The notes beneath the pieces are model-generated. The model saw nothing but the letters and a program-made list of their open reading frames with translations, did no database searches and was not told the DNA's origin. Shown here piece after piece: positions 29,096 through 36,528 of a DNA stretch of 64,000 nt; position 1 is the first letter of the stretch; the number at the start of each line of letters is the position of its first letter. A program made the position numbers and the translations under genes. Location of the stretch: sequence record OR983334.1, one strand, 5' to 3'. This DNA comes from Escherichia phage 1-6bf.

Positions 29096-29332
29096 ATGAA
29101 AGTTAATATTAAATCCGATCGTACAATGCTTCGCTTAAATAACATGAAGCCGGGGGTTCTGTTTGAGTCTAAAGGGTTCTTTTACATTAGAACTGACAGT
29201 CTATACGCAGAAAATTATGTGAACTGTGTTGATGTGGTAACTGGAAAGCTCATTCCTATTAAACGAGATGAAGTCTGCCAAGTACGCAGTGATCTCCACA
29301 TAACCAATATAGAGGCTAAAGATGAAGATTAA
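29096..29332 (+). CDS. Small protein, paralog family A member 2
   Basis: NMKPGVLFE..FYIRTD..VNCVDVVTGK. Confidence 0.45.
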   Translation: MKVNIKSDRTMLRLNNMKPGVLFESKGFFYIRTDSLYAENYVNCVDVVTGKLIPIKRDEVCQVRSDLHITNIEAKDED

Positions 29333-29579
29333 TCTTGAAGTAAAGGAACCGTCTTTGTGTGTTGGTGATCTCAAACTTGGAGATGTATTCCAAATCAGGG
29401 AAACACGAACAGATTTCTACATGGTTGTTCAGCTATTTACCCCACAGATTGAAGAGACCAAGCCTTCTGATGGTGGTTGTGTCGTCCTCAGTCTGACAAA
29501 TAAGCAAGTCCTTAAGCTTAGATCGAAAAGCAAGGTTGTTCTTCTTCATGATGTTATTATTACCAACAAGGGTAAGTAG
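29322..29579 (+). CDS. Small protein, paralog family A member 3
   Basis: DLKLGDVFQ..GGCVVLSLTNK. Confidence 0.45.
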   Translation: MKINLEVKEPSLCVGDLKLGDVFQIRETRTDFYMVVQLFTPQIEETKPSDGGCVVLSLTNKQVLKLRSKSKVVLLHDVIITNKGK

Positions 29580-29798
29580 ATGGAAATTAAAGTAGTTGAG
29601 ACTCCTAAATATGCAAATGTGGAAGATCTTAAAGGGGGAGATGTTTTCTCTTATGATCAAAAATTCTGGCTGATGCTAGATGATGATCTCTCTAATGGAC
29701 TACGCAGGGCTGCCAATCTAAGCACTGGTTATGTTGGTAATTTCAATCCATCAACCACTGTTATGCCTCGCCCTGATTTGTATTTGACTCAAAAGTAA
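29580..29798 (+). CDS. Small protein, paralog family A member 4
   Basis: DLKGGDVFS..FWLMLDDD..ANLSTGYV. Confidence 0.45.
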   Translation: MEIKVVETPKYANVEDLKGGDVFSYDQKFWLMLDDDLSNGLRRAANLSTGYVGNFNPSTTVMPRPDLYLTQK

Positions 29799-29935
29799 CA
29801 CCGACTTATAGCCCTTGTGTTTATCAGAGGGCTATGTGAGGGTGTTCCTCATTAACTTATTAATTCAGGCATATGCCACACCGCTAGGGAGAGCTTGCTC
29901 GAACATCCGGTGCTAGACTAAAACCTGTTAATTTT
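29796..29935 (+). repeat. Intergenic repeat element, copy 1
   Basis: Shares TAACACC..TATAGCC..AGGGCTATGTGAG..GCTAGGGAGAG..CTCGAACATCCG blocks with 35771-35900. Confidence 0.45.
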
Positions 29936-30156
29936 CGAAAGACTTTCTGATATGTAGGGGTACGTATTAGTTTGGGATTCAGGAGACTTCCTAGGGGTAG
30001 GGAGTCTTCACCAGTTGGAATAAGAGATAGCTCTAGAACCTGAACTCTTAGGCAGAGAAGGTCGGCAATGAGTACGCGGTCAGGATTAGTCTACTGACTA
30101 GGGCTATTCCTTATATCAACTGGCAATAATGCCTCCACTAACAAAGAGAGATAGGT

Positions 30157-30297
30157 ATGAAAGTATCAACCAAACGTATGAACCGCCCTGAACGTATGGA
30201 TGCAGTAGCTAACGGTGCTCTGAAACTGGAAGGCTTTTGGATTCATGCAATGTCAGCCATTCGTAACAAGCAAGGTGGTTGGACGTATAACAGTTAA
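30157..30297 (+). CDS. Candidate small ORF (46 aa) followed by a terminator
   Basis: ATG at 30157; MKVSTKRMNRPERMDAV..; below ORF-track cutoff. Confidence 0.3.
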   Translation: MKVSTKRMNRPERMDAVANGALKLEGFWIHAMSAIRNKQGGWTYNS

Positions 30298-30306
30298 TAA
30301 ATAAAA

Positions 30307-30335
30307 GGCTGCCTTCGGGCGGCCTTTGTTGTTTT
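30307..30335 (+). terminator. Rho-independent terminator
   Basis: GGCTGCCTTCGGGCGGCC followed by TTTGTTGTTTT. Confidence 0.6.
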
Positions 30336-30378
30336 AATTAAGGGACAACTCTTACTTAAACTAACAAGAGGTGCTTAT

Positions 30379-30723
30379 ATGAGACGCATGGTTAAAGATT
30401 GGGTCACTAAATCAGGTCTTCGTGCTGTGATTATGCACATGAACGACTCCCATTTTTGTGGATATGTAGAGCTACCAGACAGCTTAAAACATAAAAACTT
30501 CACCGGATATAACGGAAAGGAAAAGGTTTGTTATGTAAGTGTTCATGGTGGTGTCACATGGCAAGACACCCTTGAAGAGATGGGTGGTTTAAATACAATC
30601 GGATTTGATTGTGCCCATGCAGGTGATAAGACACGGTTCAACCCTAACGGGGTTCCAAGAACAGAAGCTTTCTGCATCAACGAATGCGAACAAATGGCTG
30701 AACAACTGAGAGATCTTGAATAA
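30379..30723 (+). CDS. Hypothetical protein (114 aa)
   Basis: ORF track. Confidence 0.35.
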   Translation: MRRMVKDWVTKSGLRAVIMHMNDSHFCGYVELPDSLKHKNFTGYNGKEKVCYVSVHGGVTWQDTLEEMGGLNTIGFDCAHAGDKTRFNPNGVPRTEAFCINECEQMAEQLRDLE

Positions 30724-30901
30724 AATGTCTAAGCAAACAATAAAACATACGCAAGCTGGTTACTCTTATGTCAACTCCCCTTGCTGCGGTGCTCGTATTA
30801 ATCTGGTTAAGGAAGAGGTTCGTATCGTTCAGCGTGGCGCTACTGTTGTTCGTTCATGCTGTGTCTGTGGTAATGATATTTTTATCAAAGGTAAAGTATG
30901 A
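30716..30901 (+). CDS. Small zinc-ribbon-like protein (61 aa)
   Basis: CCGAR..CCVCGND Cys pairs. Confidence 0.3.
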   Translation: MNKMSKQTIKHTQAGYSYVNSPCCGARINLVKEEVRIVQRGATVVRSCCVCGNDIFIKGKV

Positions 30902-31149
30902 AAAACTTTCAAGCTGCACCAATCACTAAAGTGATCGAAGTTGACGGTGTGATGATGACTGTTCCTCTGAACACTCGTTACATTGCAATTGACAAGATGG
31001 GTTATGTATGGGCTTGGAAGATTAAGCCTAGCTATAACGCATTGTTTGATGAGTTTGTTTGCACTGGTACGTACAGTCCTACATTCTTGGGTTTGTTTAG
31101 TGAGTTTGATGGTCAGTATAAAATCATCACTCTCCCTGCTTGTGCTTGA
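30898..31149 (+). CDS. Hypothetical protein (83 aa)
   Basis: ORF track. Confidence 0.3.
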   Translation: MKNFQAAPITKVIEVDGVMMTVPLNTRYIAIDKMGYVWAWKIKPSYNALFDEFVCTGTYSPTFLGLFSEFDGQYKIITLPACA

Positions 31150-31156
31150 GGTTAAT

Positions 31157-31318
31157 ATGTTCAAGTGGCTAAAGCGTGTCTTTCATTGTCATGATTGGAA
31201 GATTATTAATACTCGCCCTCTGGTCTATACAGATTCAGATGGGAATAACGACAAGGGCACACGTTACGTTATTCAGTGTAAGGTGTGTGGTGATGTTAGT
31301 CATCGTGATGTAATCTAA
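31157..31318 (+). CDS. Small protein, paralog family B member 1 (53 aa)
   Basis: MFKWLKRVFHCHDW..CKVCGD; below ORF-track cutoff, supported by paralogy. Confidence 0.4.
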   Translation: MFKWLKRVFHCHDWKIINTRPLVYTDSDGNNDKGTRYVIQCKVCGDVSHRDVI

Positions 31319-31327
31319 GGAATCATT

Positions 31328-31492
31328 ATGATCAAATGGTTCAAACGCTTCTTTCATTTCCATGAGTGGGAAGATCTTCATACTTATGAACTGACGATCA
31401 CAAATAAACTTACTGACAGAGAGCGACAAGGGTTGCGTATCTACTCTCGCTGTAAAGTGTGTGGTCTGCACAAGAAAACAGATCTGATCTAA
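31328..31492 (+). CDS. Small protein, paralog family B member 2 (54 aa)
   Basis: MIKWFKRFFHFHEW..CKVCGL. Confidence 0.4.
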   Translation: MIKWFKRFFHFHEWEDLHTYELTITNKLTDRERQGLRIYSRCKVCGLHKKTDLI

Positions 31493-31500
31493 GGGGTGTT

Positions 31501-31710
31501 ATGTTCTTTCGTAAGAAAAAGCCCGAAGATTCTGGATGTAAACACGAGTGGGTGATCACTGAGAACCTACATATCACCCACGCTAAAGACACTCCGGTCG
31601 AGAGAAAAGAATCTCGTGTATCTCGTATCTGTAAACACTGTTTGAAAATAGAACAGCATAAAGTTCCCGGTCATATTGGTCACGATGTAGCCATTCGTAT
31701 CTTTAGTTAA
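31501..31710 (+). CDS. Small protein, paralog family B member 3 (69 aa)
   Basis: CKHEW..ICKHCL shares the family B motif. Confidence 0.4.
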   Translation: MFFRKKKPEDSGCKHEWVITENLHITHAKDTPVERKESRVSRICKHCLKIEQHKVPGHIGHDVAIRIFS

Positions 31711-31733
31711 ACAAATCTAGCACCCTTAGCTCA

Positions 31734-32174
31734 ATGGAGGTGGTATTGAAAATAGAGTTGGAATACCCCTTCATCAATGACTGGAGGTTGGGGTATTTAA
31801 GGACAAGTAAGGATGGGAGGAGGCGTGTTGACCTATTCAATTCTAACACAGATAGGACTACGATCTCTTATGCAAGGTATTTAATGTCTTGCCATGTAGG
31901 GAGGTATCTTACTGCGGAGGAAGAGGTAGATCATGTTGATCAAAATCCAACCAATGATGAGATATCTAACCTTCAGATTCTAAGCACAAATGATCACCTA
32001 AAGAAGACCTTAGAGAACAGACCTAAGGGTGTGGTCATTACTTTGATTTGTAGTAATTGTGGCACATCTTTTGAGAGAAGGGGTAACAAGGTCCACAAAG
32101 AAAACCAAAACCATTTTTGTAGTAGGTCTTGCAACGGTAAGTATTACTGGAGCAAGGGTTTCAATAATAAATAA
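31734..32174 (+). CDS. HNH homing endonuclease
   Basis: EVDHVDQNPTNDEISNLQILSTNDH HNH motif plus C-terminal Cys-rich zinc-binding segment. Confidence 0.7.
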   Translation: MEVVLKIELEYPFINDWRLGYLRTSKDGRRRVDLFNSNTDRTTISYARYLMSCHVGRYLTAEEEVDHVDQNPTNDEISNLQILSTNDHLKKTLENRPKGVVITLICSNCGTSFERRGNKVHKENQNHFCSRSCNGKYYWSKGFNNK

Positions 32175-32277
32175 GAGCTTCTAGCGAGGATGTATCTTCC
32201 CCGCCTTCTAAGCGGTCGTTAAAGAAGTAATTGGAGTATGCAGGTTCGAACCCTGTCATCCTCGCTAGAGGCTCTTG
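32172..32277 (+). ncRNA. tRNA-like structured element (about 20 bp outer stem, internal UCU-loop hairpin and T-arm-like hairpin)
   Basis: Outer stem AGAGCTTCTAGCGAGGATG / CATCCTCGCTAGAGGCTCT; inner CCGC-CTTCTAA-GCGG and GCAGG-TTCGAAC-CCTGT; no canonical D-arm. Confidence 0.3.
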
Positions 32278-32287
32278 GAGGTGTGTT

Positions 32288-32569
32288 ATGTCATGGGGTG
32301 GTGTAATATCCTTAATCTGTATCTTCCTTGTCTGCATAGCCCTTACAGGCTGCGTACAGAGCCGTCCTGATGGATGGTGTGCAGTAGCAGTGGAAGGTGT
32401 TTGTGTTTCTCGCTGGCACAAAGGTGAGAAGGTTCCTTCTGGTGAAATTGATATGCGTTACAGTGGTATCTCATGCCTGAACGGTGCAGCAGTAGATGAG
32501 GAAACTAAAACCTTGTCAGATGCACAGTGGTGTGGTGGTTCTGTAACAACAACCGGTAAGGAGTGGTAA
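32288..32569 (+). CDS. Small lipoprotein candidate (superinfection-exclusion-type)
   Basis: MSWGGVISLICIFLVCIALTGCVQ: hydrophobic segment ending in LTGC lipobox, Cys-rich mature part. Confidence 0.4.
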   Translation: MSWGGVISLICIFLVCIALTGCVQSRPDGWCAVAVEGVCVSRWHKGEKVPSGEIDMRYSGISCLNGAAVDEETKTLSDAQWCGGSVTTTGKEW

Positions 32570-32570
32570 T

Positions 32571-32819
32571 ATGACAGCTCATTATTGGAATACAAAGAAG
32601 CTTCTTGAAGAGATGGCTGGAGGTAGTAGGGTACAGCTAATCTCCATGCTTCGAATGGATGCTCGCTCCTTACGCTTCCAAGTAAAGATTGGTAACTTCA
32701 GTGATGGCCTTTATTACACGCTGAAGGAAAGGATCAAGAAGACTCACTTCATCATGTACGGAATCAAACCGAGAACGTACGTTAACTACATGTATTGGAA
32801 TACATGCTACGATAATTGA
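32571..32819 (+). CDS. Hypothetical protein (82 aa)
   Basis: ORF track. Confidence 0.3.
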   Translation: MTAHYWNTKKLLEEMAGGSRVQLISMLRMDARSLRFQVKIGNFSDGLYYTLKERIKKTHFIMYGIKPRTYVNYMYWNTCYDN

Positions 32820-32826
32820 GGTTATT

Positions 32827-33048
32827 ATGAAACTAGACTCTAAGCAGTCACTTAAAACCGCTGAACTGTCCACGCTGCCAAACGGAAGTATCTTTGGTCA
32901 TGATAAACACTTCTGGATTAAAACAGACATCATAGACGATGGGTATATTACCTGTGTCAACCTTTGGAATGGTTCAGTGGATGGTTATCGCCCTAGCGCA
33001 AAGGTAGTCCCTCAGCCCGATGCAAAGGCTATAGGTTTAGTTTACTAA
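32827..33048 (+). CDS. Small protein, paralog family A member 5
   Basis: TLPNGSIFG..FWIKTDIIDDGYITCVNLWNGSV. Confidence 0.45.
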   Translation: MKLDSKQSLKTAELSTLPNGSIFGHDKHFWIKTDIIDDGYITCVNLWNGSVDGYRPSAKVVPQPDAKAIGLVY

Positions 33049-33057
33049 GGAGCCTGT

Positions 33058-33231
33058 ATGAGTTGTTTTGGTGGCGGTGAAGTAGATGACGATGATGACA
33101 TGGAATCAAACGGCACATGTCCTGATTGTGGGTGTGAGACATGGGATGGGGTTTCTGTCTACCCTGCCTGTAGTTATTCACCAGTAATTTGTAAAACATG
33201 CGGTGATCAGCCGTGTGACCAGTCTTGCTAA
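33058..33231 (+). CDS. Candidate small Cys-rich acidic protein (57 aa)
   Basis: MSCFGGGEVDDDDD..CPDCGCE..CKTCGDQPCDQSC; below ORF-track cutoff. Confidence 0.3.
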   Translation: MSCFGGGEVDDDDDMESNGTCPDCGCETWDGVSVYPACSYSPVICKTCGDQPCDQSC

Positions 33232-33844
33232 GAGAATATTATGACTGAAGAATTTTTAAAGTGGTTTGGTGATACCTTCAAAGAGTATCTATTCTCTCCA
33301 GAAGACTTTGAAGAACTGAAAACCTACACTTGGTTGGCTTGGAGAGATAGCCGACGAGAGATGAATAAGTAATATCGTGAAGGATTCTTACGAGAGTCCT
33401 TTGAGATAGGACTTCAGATCTCCTATCAAACTAACATTCATGTAACTAGCCCATAAGGGCGTTACCCTTTAATAACCCAGCCCACTAAGGGGGCGGGAGT
33501 TTAGTGCTGGATTAGCATAACGCTTATTCCTACAAAGGCAACCGATTGTTAGATCTTACATGCAATACTAATTAATAGGATAAGGGAGGATTCGTCCCCT
33601 CCCCCTATTTATAAATTATCAGGAGAGTACTCTAGCTGATTAGCTGTAGAAGGGAGGCCGATATCTACGGCGTGGCCCAGAGCTAGTGTACTCTCCTGAT
33701 GAGGCACCTCCTCATCGTGGTAAGCTGTGGAATAATCTTTACAGCAGTTACTTGAAGTAGCCTGTACGGCCCTCAGCAAAGAGTCCGGACGATATCTGAG
33801 TGACTTTAAAAACAGATGGAGCCAGGTGGAATCCCTGGCAATTA

Positions 33845-33992
33845 GTTACAGGTATAGCTTATGAGGCTCACTAATGCAGAGCCTACGGTAAAGCAGTCGC
33901 CCGTGGTCAAATGACCGTATGCCCATTGGATGCATTCCTTTGGTGATGGCTAGGGAGTCCGAGCGTAGGTTCGAATCCTACACCTGTAACCA
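33845..33992 (+). ncRNA. tRNA-like element with canonical T-arm, acceptor 3' strand, discriminator and encoded CCA; 5' acceptor partner 139 nt upstream
   Basis: GTAGG-TTCGAAT-CCTAC then ACCTGTA-A-CCA at 33965-33992; complementary TACAGGT at 33847-33853; intervening region forms several hairpins but not a standard cloverleaf. Confidence 0.35.
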
Positions 33993-34020
33993 AATCGAAT
34001 AATATCTAATTGGAGGATGT

Positions 34021-34332
34021 ATGAAAGCACGAAGAACTATATGGACTCCGATGCAGATTGAAAATCTTCGGAGACTAATCAAAGAGTACTCGGTTAAAGA
34101 AGTTGCTCAGATTATGAATGTAACGGAGAATGCAGTTAATACAGCTTGCACTAAATTCGGAATATCAAGAGCTTCAATCCGAGTTAAATGGTCTGAAGAA
34201 GAAGACCAGTTCCTTATCCGTAATGCTGGGTTCATGTCTATTCAGAGAATGGCTGACATGCTCGGTAGAAGCTATGCTGCTGTACAGAACAGGGCATGTA
34301 TGCACCTTAATATTAGCCTCAAACTTAAATAG
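34021..34332 (+). CDS. Putative DNA-binding protein with two HTH-like repeats (103 aa)
   Basis: Two W..E..L.. helix-turn-helix-like units (TIWTPMQIENLRRL.. and VKWSEEEDQFLIRN..). Confidence 0.35.
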   Translation: MKARRTIWTPMQIENLRRLIKEYSVKEVAQIMNVTENAVNTACTKFGISRASIRVKWSEEEDQFLIRNAGFMSIQRMADMLGRSYAAVQNRACMHLNISLKLK

Positions 34333-34340
34333 GAATCAAT

Positions 34341-34589
34341 ATGAAGATTACTCACAAGAAAGAAGAAGTGACCACGGTTGATATCAACTCCCTTCCCAGC
34401 GGAGCAGTATTTAAATTCCCTGAGAGTGCTACTCTCTATGTTAAAGGGTCTGTGTCTGAAAGTCCTAATGTAACCGTTAACTCTGATCGAGCAATTACCC
34501 TTCGTTTATCCGATGGTAACGTAACAGCACCTTCTATCTGGTGCCGAGTTGTTCCTGTGTCAGCAGAACTTTTGGTGGATAACACATAA
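34341..34589 (+). CDS. Small protein, paralog family A member 6
   Basis: SLPSGAVFKF.. Confidence 0.4.
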   Translation: MKITHKKEEVTTVDINSLPSGAVFKFPESATLYVKGSVSESPNVTVNSDRAITLRLSDGNVTAPSIWCRVVPVSAELLVDNT

Positions 34590-34834
34590 TGAAGATCCTT
34601 CCCAAGATTAAAGATAAAACTGTTTCACTGGATACAATTATTCCCGGAAACCCTTTCGTAATCCAACAAGGTTTAGCATCGCCTCAGTATTATATGCGAG
34701 TTACCAATGTATCCAATAAGATCTCTGTCGAAGAAGGTTGGATTACTACAGTTAATCTTATGACTGGTGTTCTGGGTGTTATGAAAAGTGATACTCAGGT
34801 TGAAATGATTCGTATGTCAGTGGTTCAGGAGTAA
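34589..34834 (+). CDS. Small protein, paralog family A member 7
   Basis: IIPGNPFVIQ..WITTVNLMTGVLGV. Confidence 0.4.
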   Translation: MKILPKIKDKTVSLDTIIPGNPFVIQQGLASPQYYMRVTNVSNKISVEEGWITTVNLMTGVLGVMKSDTQVEMIRMSVVQE

Positions 34835-34836
34835 TT

Positions 34837-35085
34837 ATGAGCACTATTCATATTAAAGTTAAGAGCAAAGAGGAAACAGTCCTCCGTGTTAAAGATCTAA
34901 ACATGTCAGATGTGTTCACTCTCCAAGAGTGCCATCTTCAAAAGATTTACATGCTGACAGCTAAGAGCATAGGTTGTCAACCTGCTGGAGCTGTTAACTT
35001 AGGAACTGGAGAAGTTCGTCCTGTGTCTGGAGATATGGTTGTTGGTGAGAAGTTTATTAAGGCTGAGATTATTTTAACTTCATAG
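34837..35085 (+). CDS. Small protein, paralog family A member 8
   Basis: DLNMSDVFTL..GAVNLGTGEVRPV. Confidence 0.4.
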   Translation: MSTIHIKVKSKEETVLRVKDLNMSDVFTLQECHLQKIYMLTAKSIGCQPAGAVNLGTGEVRPVSGDMVVGEKFIKAEIILTS

Positions 35086-35092
35086 GTGATCT

Positions 35093-35305
35093 ATGACTCA
35101 AGAAGAGAAAGATATACTCATCCAGAATGCATACCTACTGTTCTCCTCTGAGGAAGTATTGTTCAACCAACTTTCTAAGTTGTGGAAAGTGTCTGAGGAA
35201 GAAGCTAAAGAGAAGTTTTATTCTGACATAACAGAAGATTACAAATCTTTTCTTGGTGAGGTGCTGAGAGATCGGCATGTGTATCTAAGTAACTACGCCT
35301 GTTAA
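35093..35305 (+). CDS. Hypothetical protein (70 aa)
   Basis: ORF track. Confidence 0.3.
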   Translation: MTQEEKDILIQNAYLLFSSEEVLFNQLSKLWKVSEEEAKEKFYSDITEDYKSFLGEVLRDRHVYLSNYAC

Positions 35306-35539
35306 TAGGAAAACAAATGAGACGTAAAGCATATTCTTATGACGATATGATTAACCAGAAAGGCTTCGGTCAACGACAGCCTGATGGTTCAATTATCTGG
35401 TTCGTAAATGGACAGAAAAAGGTAGCTAAATAAGCCTTCTTCTCTCCTCCTTTTAGTACTATGACGCCTCTCTGTGGGCGGCCCAATTTGCGTAGGGAAT
35501 TCCCTCTACGCAGCCATGACTTTTTAAGGAATTTCCCCT

Positions 35540-35773
35540 ATGTCTAAAGTAAGCGCAATTGATGCAATCCGTCAACCATTCCAGTTCCAATCTAAATCAA
35601 CCCAAACCTTCAGTGAGCCTAAGCAAATTCGCTTGGGCGGCACAGAGAAGACTGTGTTTGATCTGGCTAAAAACAAGAGCGTTACTGTAGTTGAAGGTGG
35701 CACTCTGGTTAACGTTTCACACCGCATCCGCACTGGCAAGACTGCCAAAGACCGTGCTAAGAAAGGCGAGTAA
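35540..35773 (+). CDS. Hypothetical protein (77 aa)
   Basis: ORF track. Confidence 0.35.
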   Translation: MSKVSAIDAIRQPFQFQSKSTQTFSEPKQIRLGGTEKTVFDLAKNKSVTVVEGGTLVNVSHRIRTGKTAKDRAKKGE

Positions 35774-35900
35774 CACCTATAGCCTTCTTCGGAGGGCTAT
35801 GTGAGTTATTCTGACTCAACTAACCTAATCTTAATATATTTCCCGTATGGGGCCGATGCTAGGGAGAGGAACATTCCTCGAACATCCGTCGGATAGATAT
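35771..35900 (+). repeat. Intergenic repeat element, copy 2
   Basis: Same conserved blocks as 29796-29935. Confidence 0.45.
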
Positions 35901-36154
35901 TTTAAGAGCAGGTTATCCACAGATATTGGGTAATATCTTTTTGTATTTAAAGCTTGACTCTTTTCGGAGAGTCCTTTTTTAAATTCAACGAGAGGAAATA
36001 TGTCTAAATTAGATTTAAAACTGCTAGCAGCAGCGGTAGTGATTTGTGCACTAGCACTGGTAACGCAGAGAACATCTGGATTTATTCAGTGTTTCTTTTC
36101 TGGGCAATCCACTTATCAGTGGGTTATTGACGAGTGTAAACAACAGGAGTAAGT

Positions 36155-36517
36155 ATGAATACACGTCCCATCAAGGGCAACGTTAATATTGAAACTCTGA
36201 ACAAGGTTGCATCAAACCTCGGTGGAATGTCCAACGATGAGCTTGAGCAAGAACTTGCTTGGATTGCAAATGGTATCAAAGTTGCTAAAGGTAAGATTGC
36301 TCGTGAGCAAAGTAATATGAAAGCTCACAAGTATATCATCCGTCGTGCAAATATGTTACCGGAGCGGGTTGTACATCTTGCCCGTAAGAACTACGAAGGT
36401 GCTAAAGAAGCCCTGCTTGAAGCAGAGTTCCAGAAGCATCAATTTATGAACAACTATCGAAACTTCCGAGATATTCTCTATATCCGTAAATCGATTGAGT
36501 TGATTAAAAACCAATAG
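36155..36517 (+). CDS. Hypothetical protein (120 aa)
   Basis: ORF track. Confidence 0.35.
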   Translation: MNTRPIKGNVNIETLNKVASNLGGMSNDELEQELAWIANGIKVAKGKIAREQSNMKAHKYIIRRANMLPERVVHLARKNYEGAKEALLEAEFQKHQFMNNYRNFRDILYIRKSIELIKNQ

Positions 36518-36528
36518 AGGTTGGTATA

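Noticed and set aside
32186-32264. Calling a bona fide tRNA-Arg(UCU)
   Set aside because: The acceptor/T-arm geometry and a UCU loop are present, but there is no D-arm in the canonical position and the acceptor stem extends to about 20 bp; kept as tRNA-like only.
35913-35921. Perfect DnaA-box consensus TTATCCACA
   Set aside because: A single 9-mer match is expected by chance about once in a window of this size on two strands; no cluster of boxes or adjacent AT-rich unwinding element.
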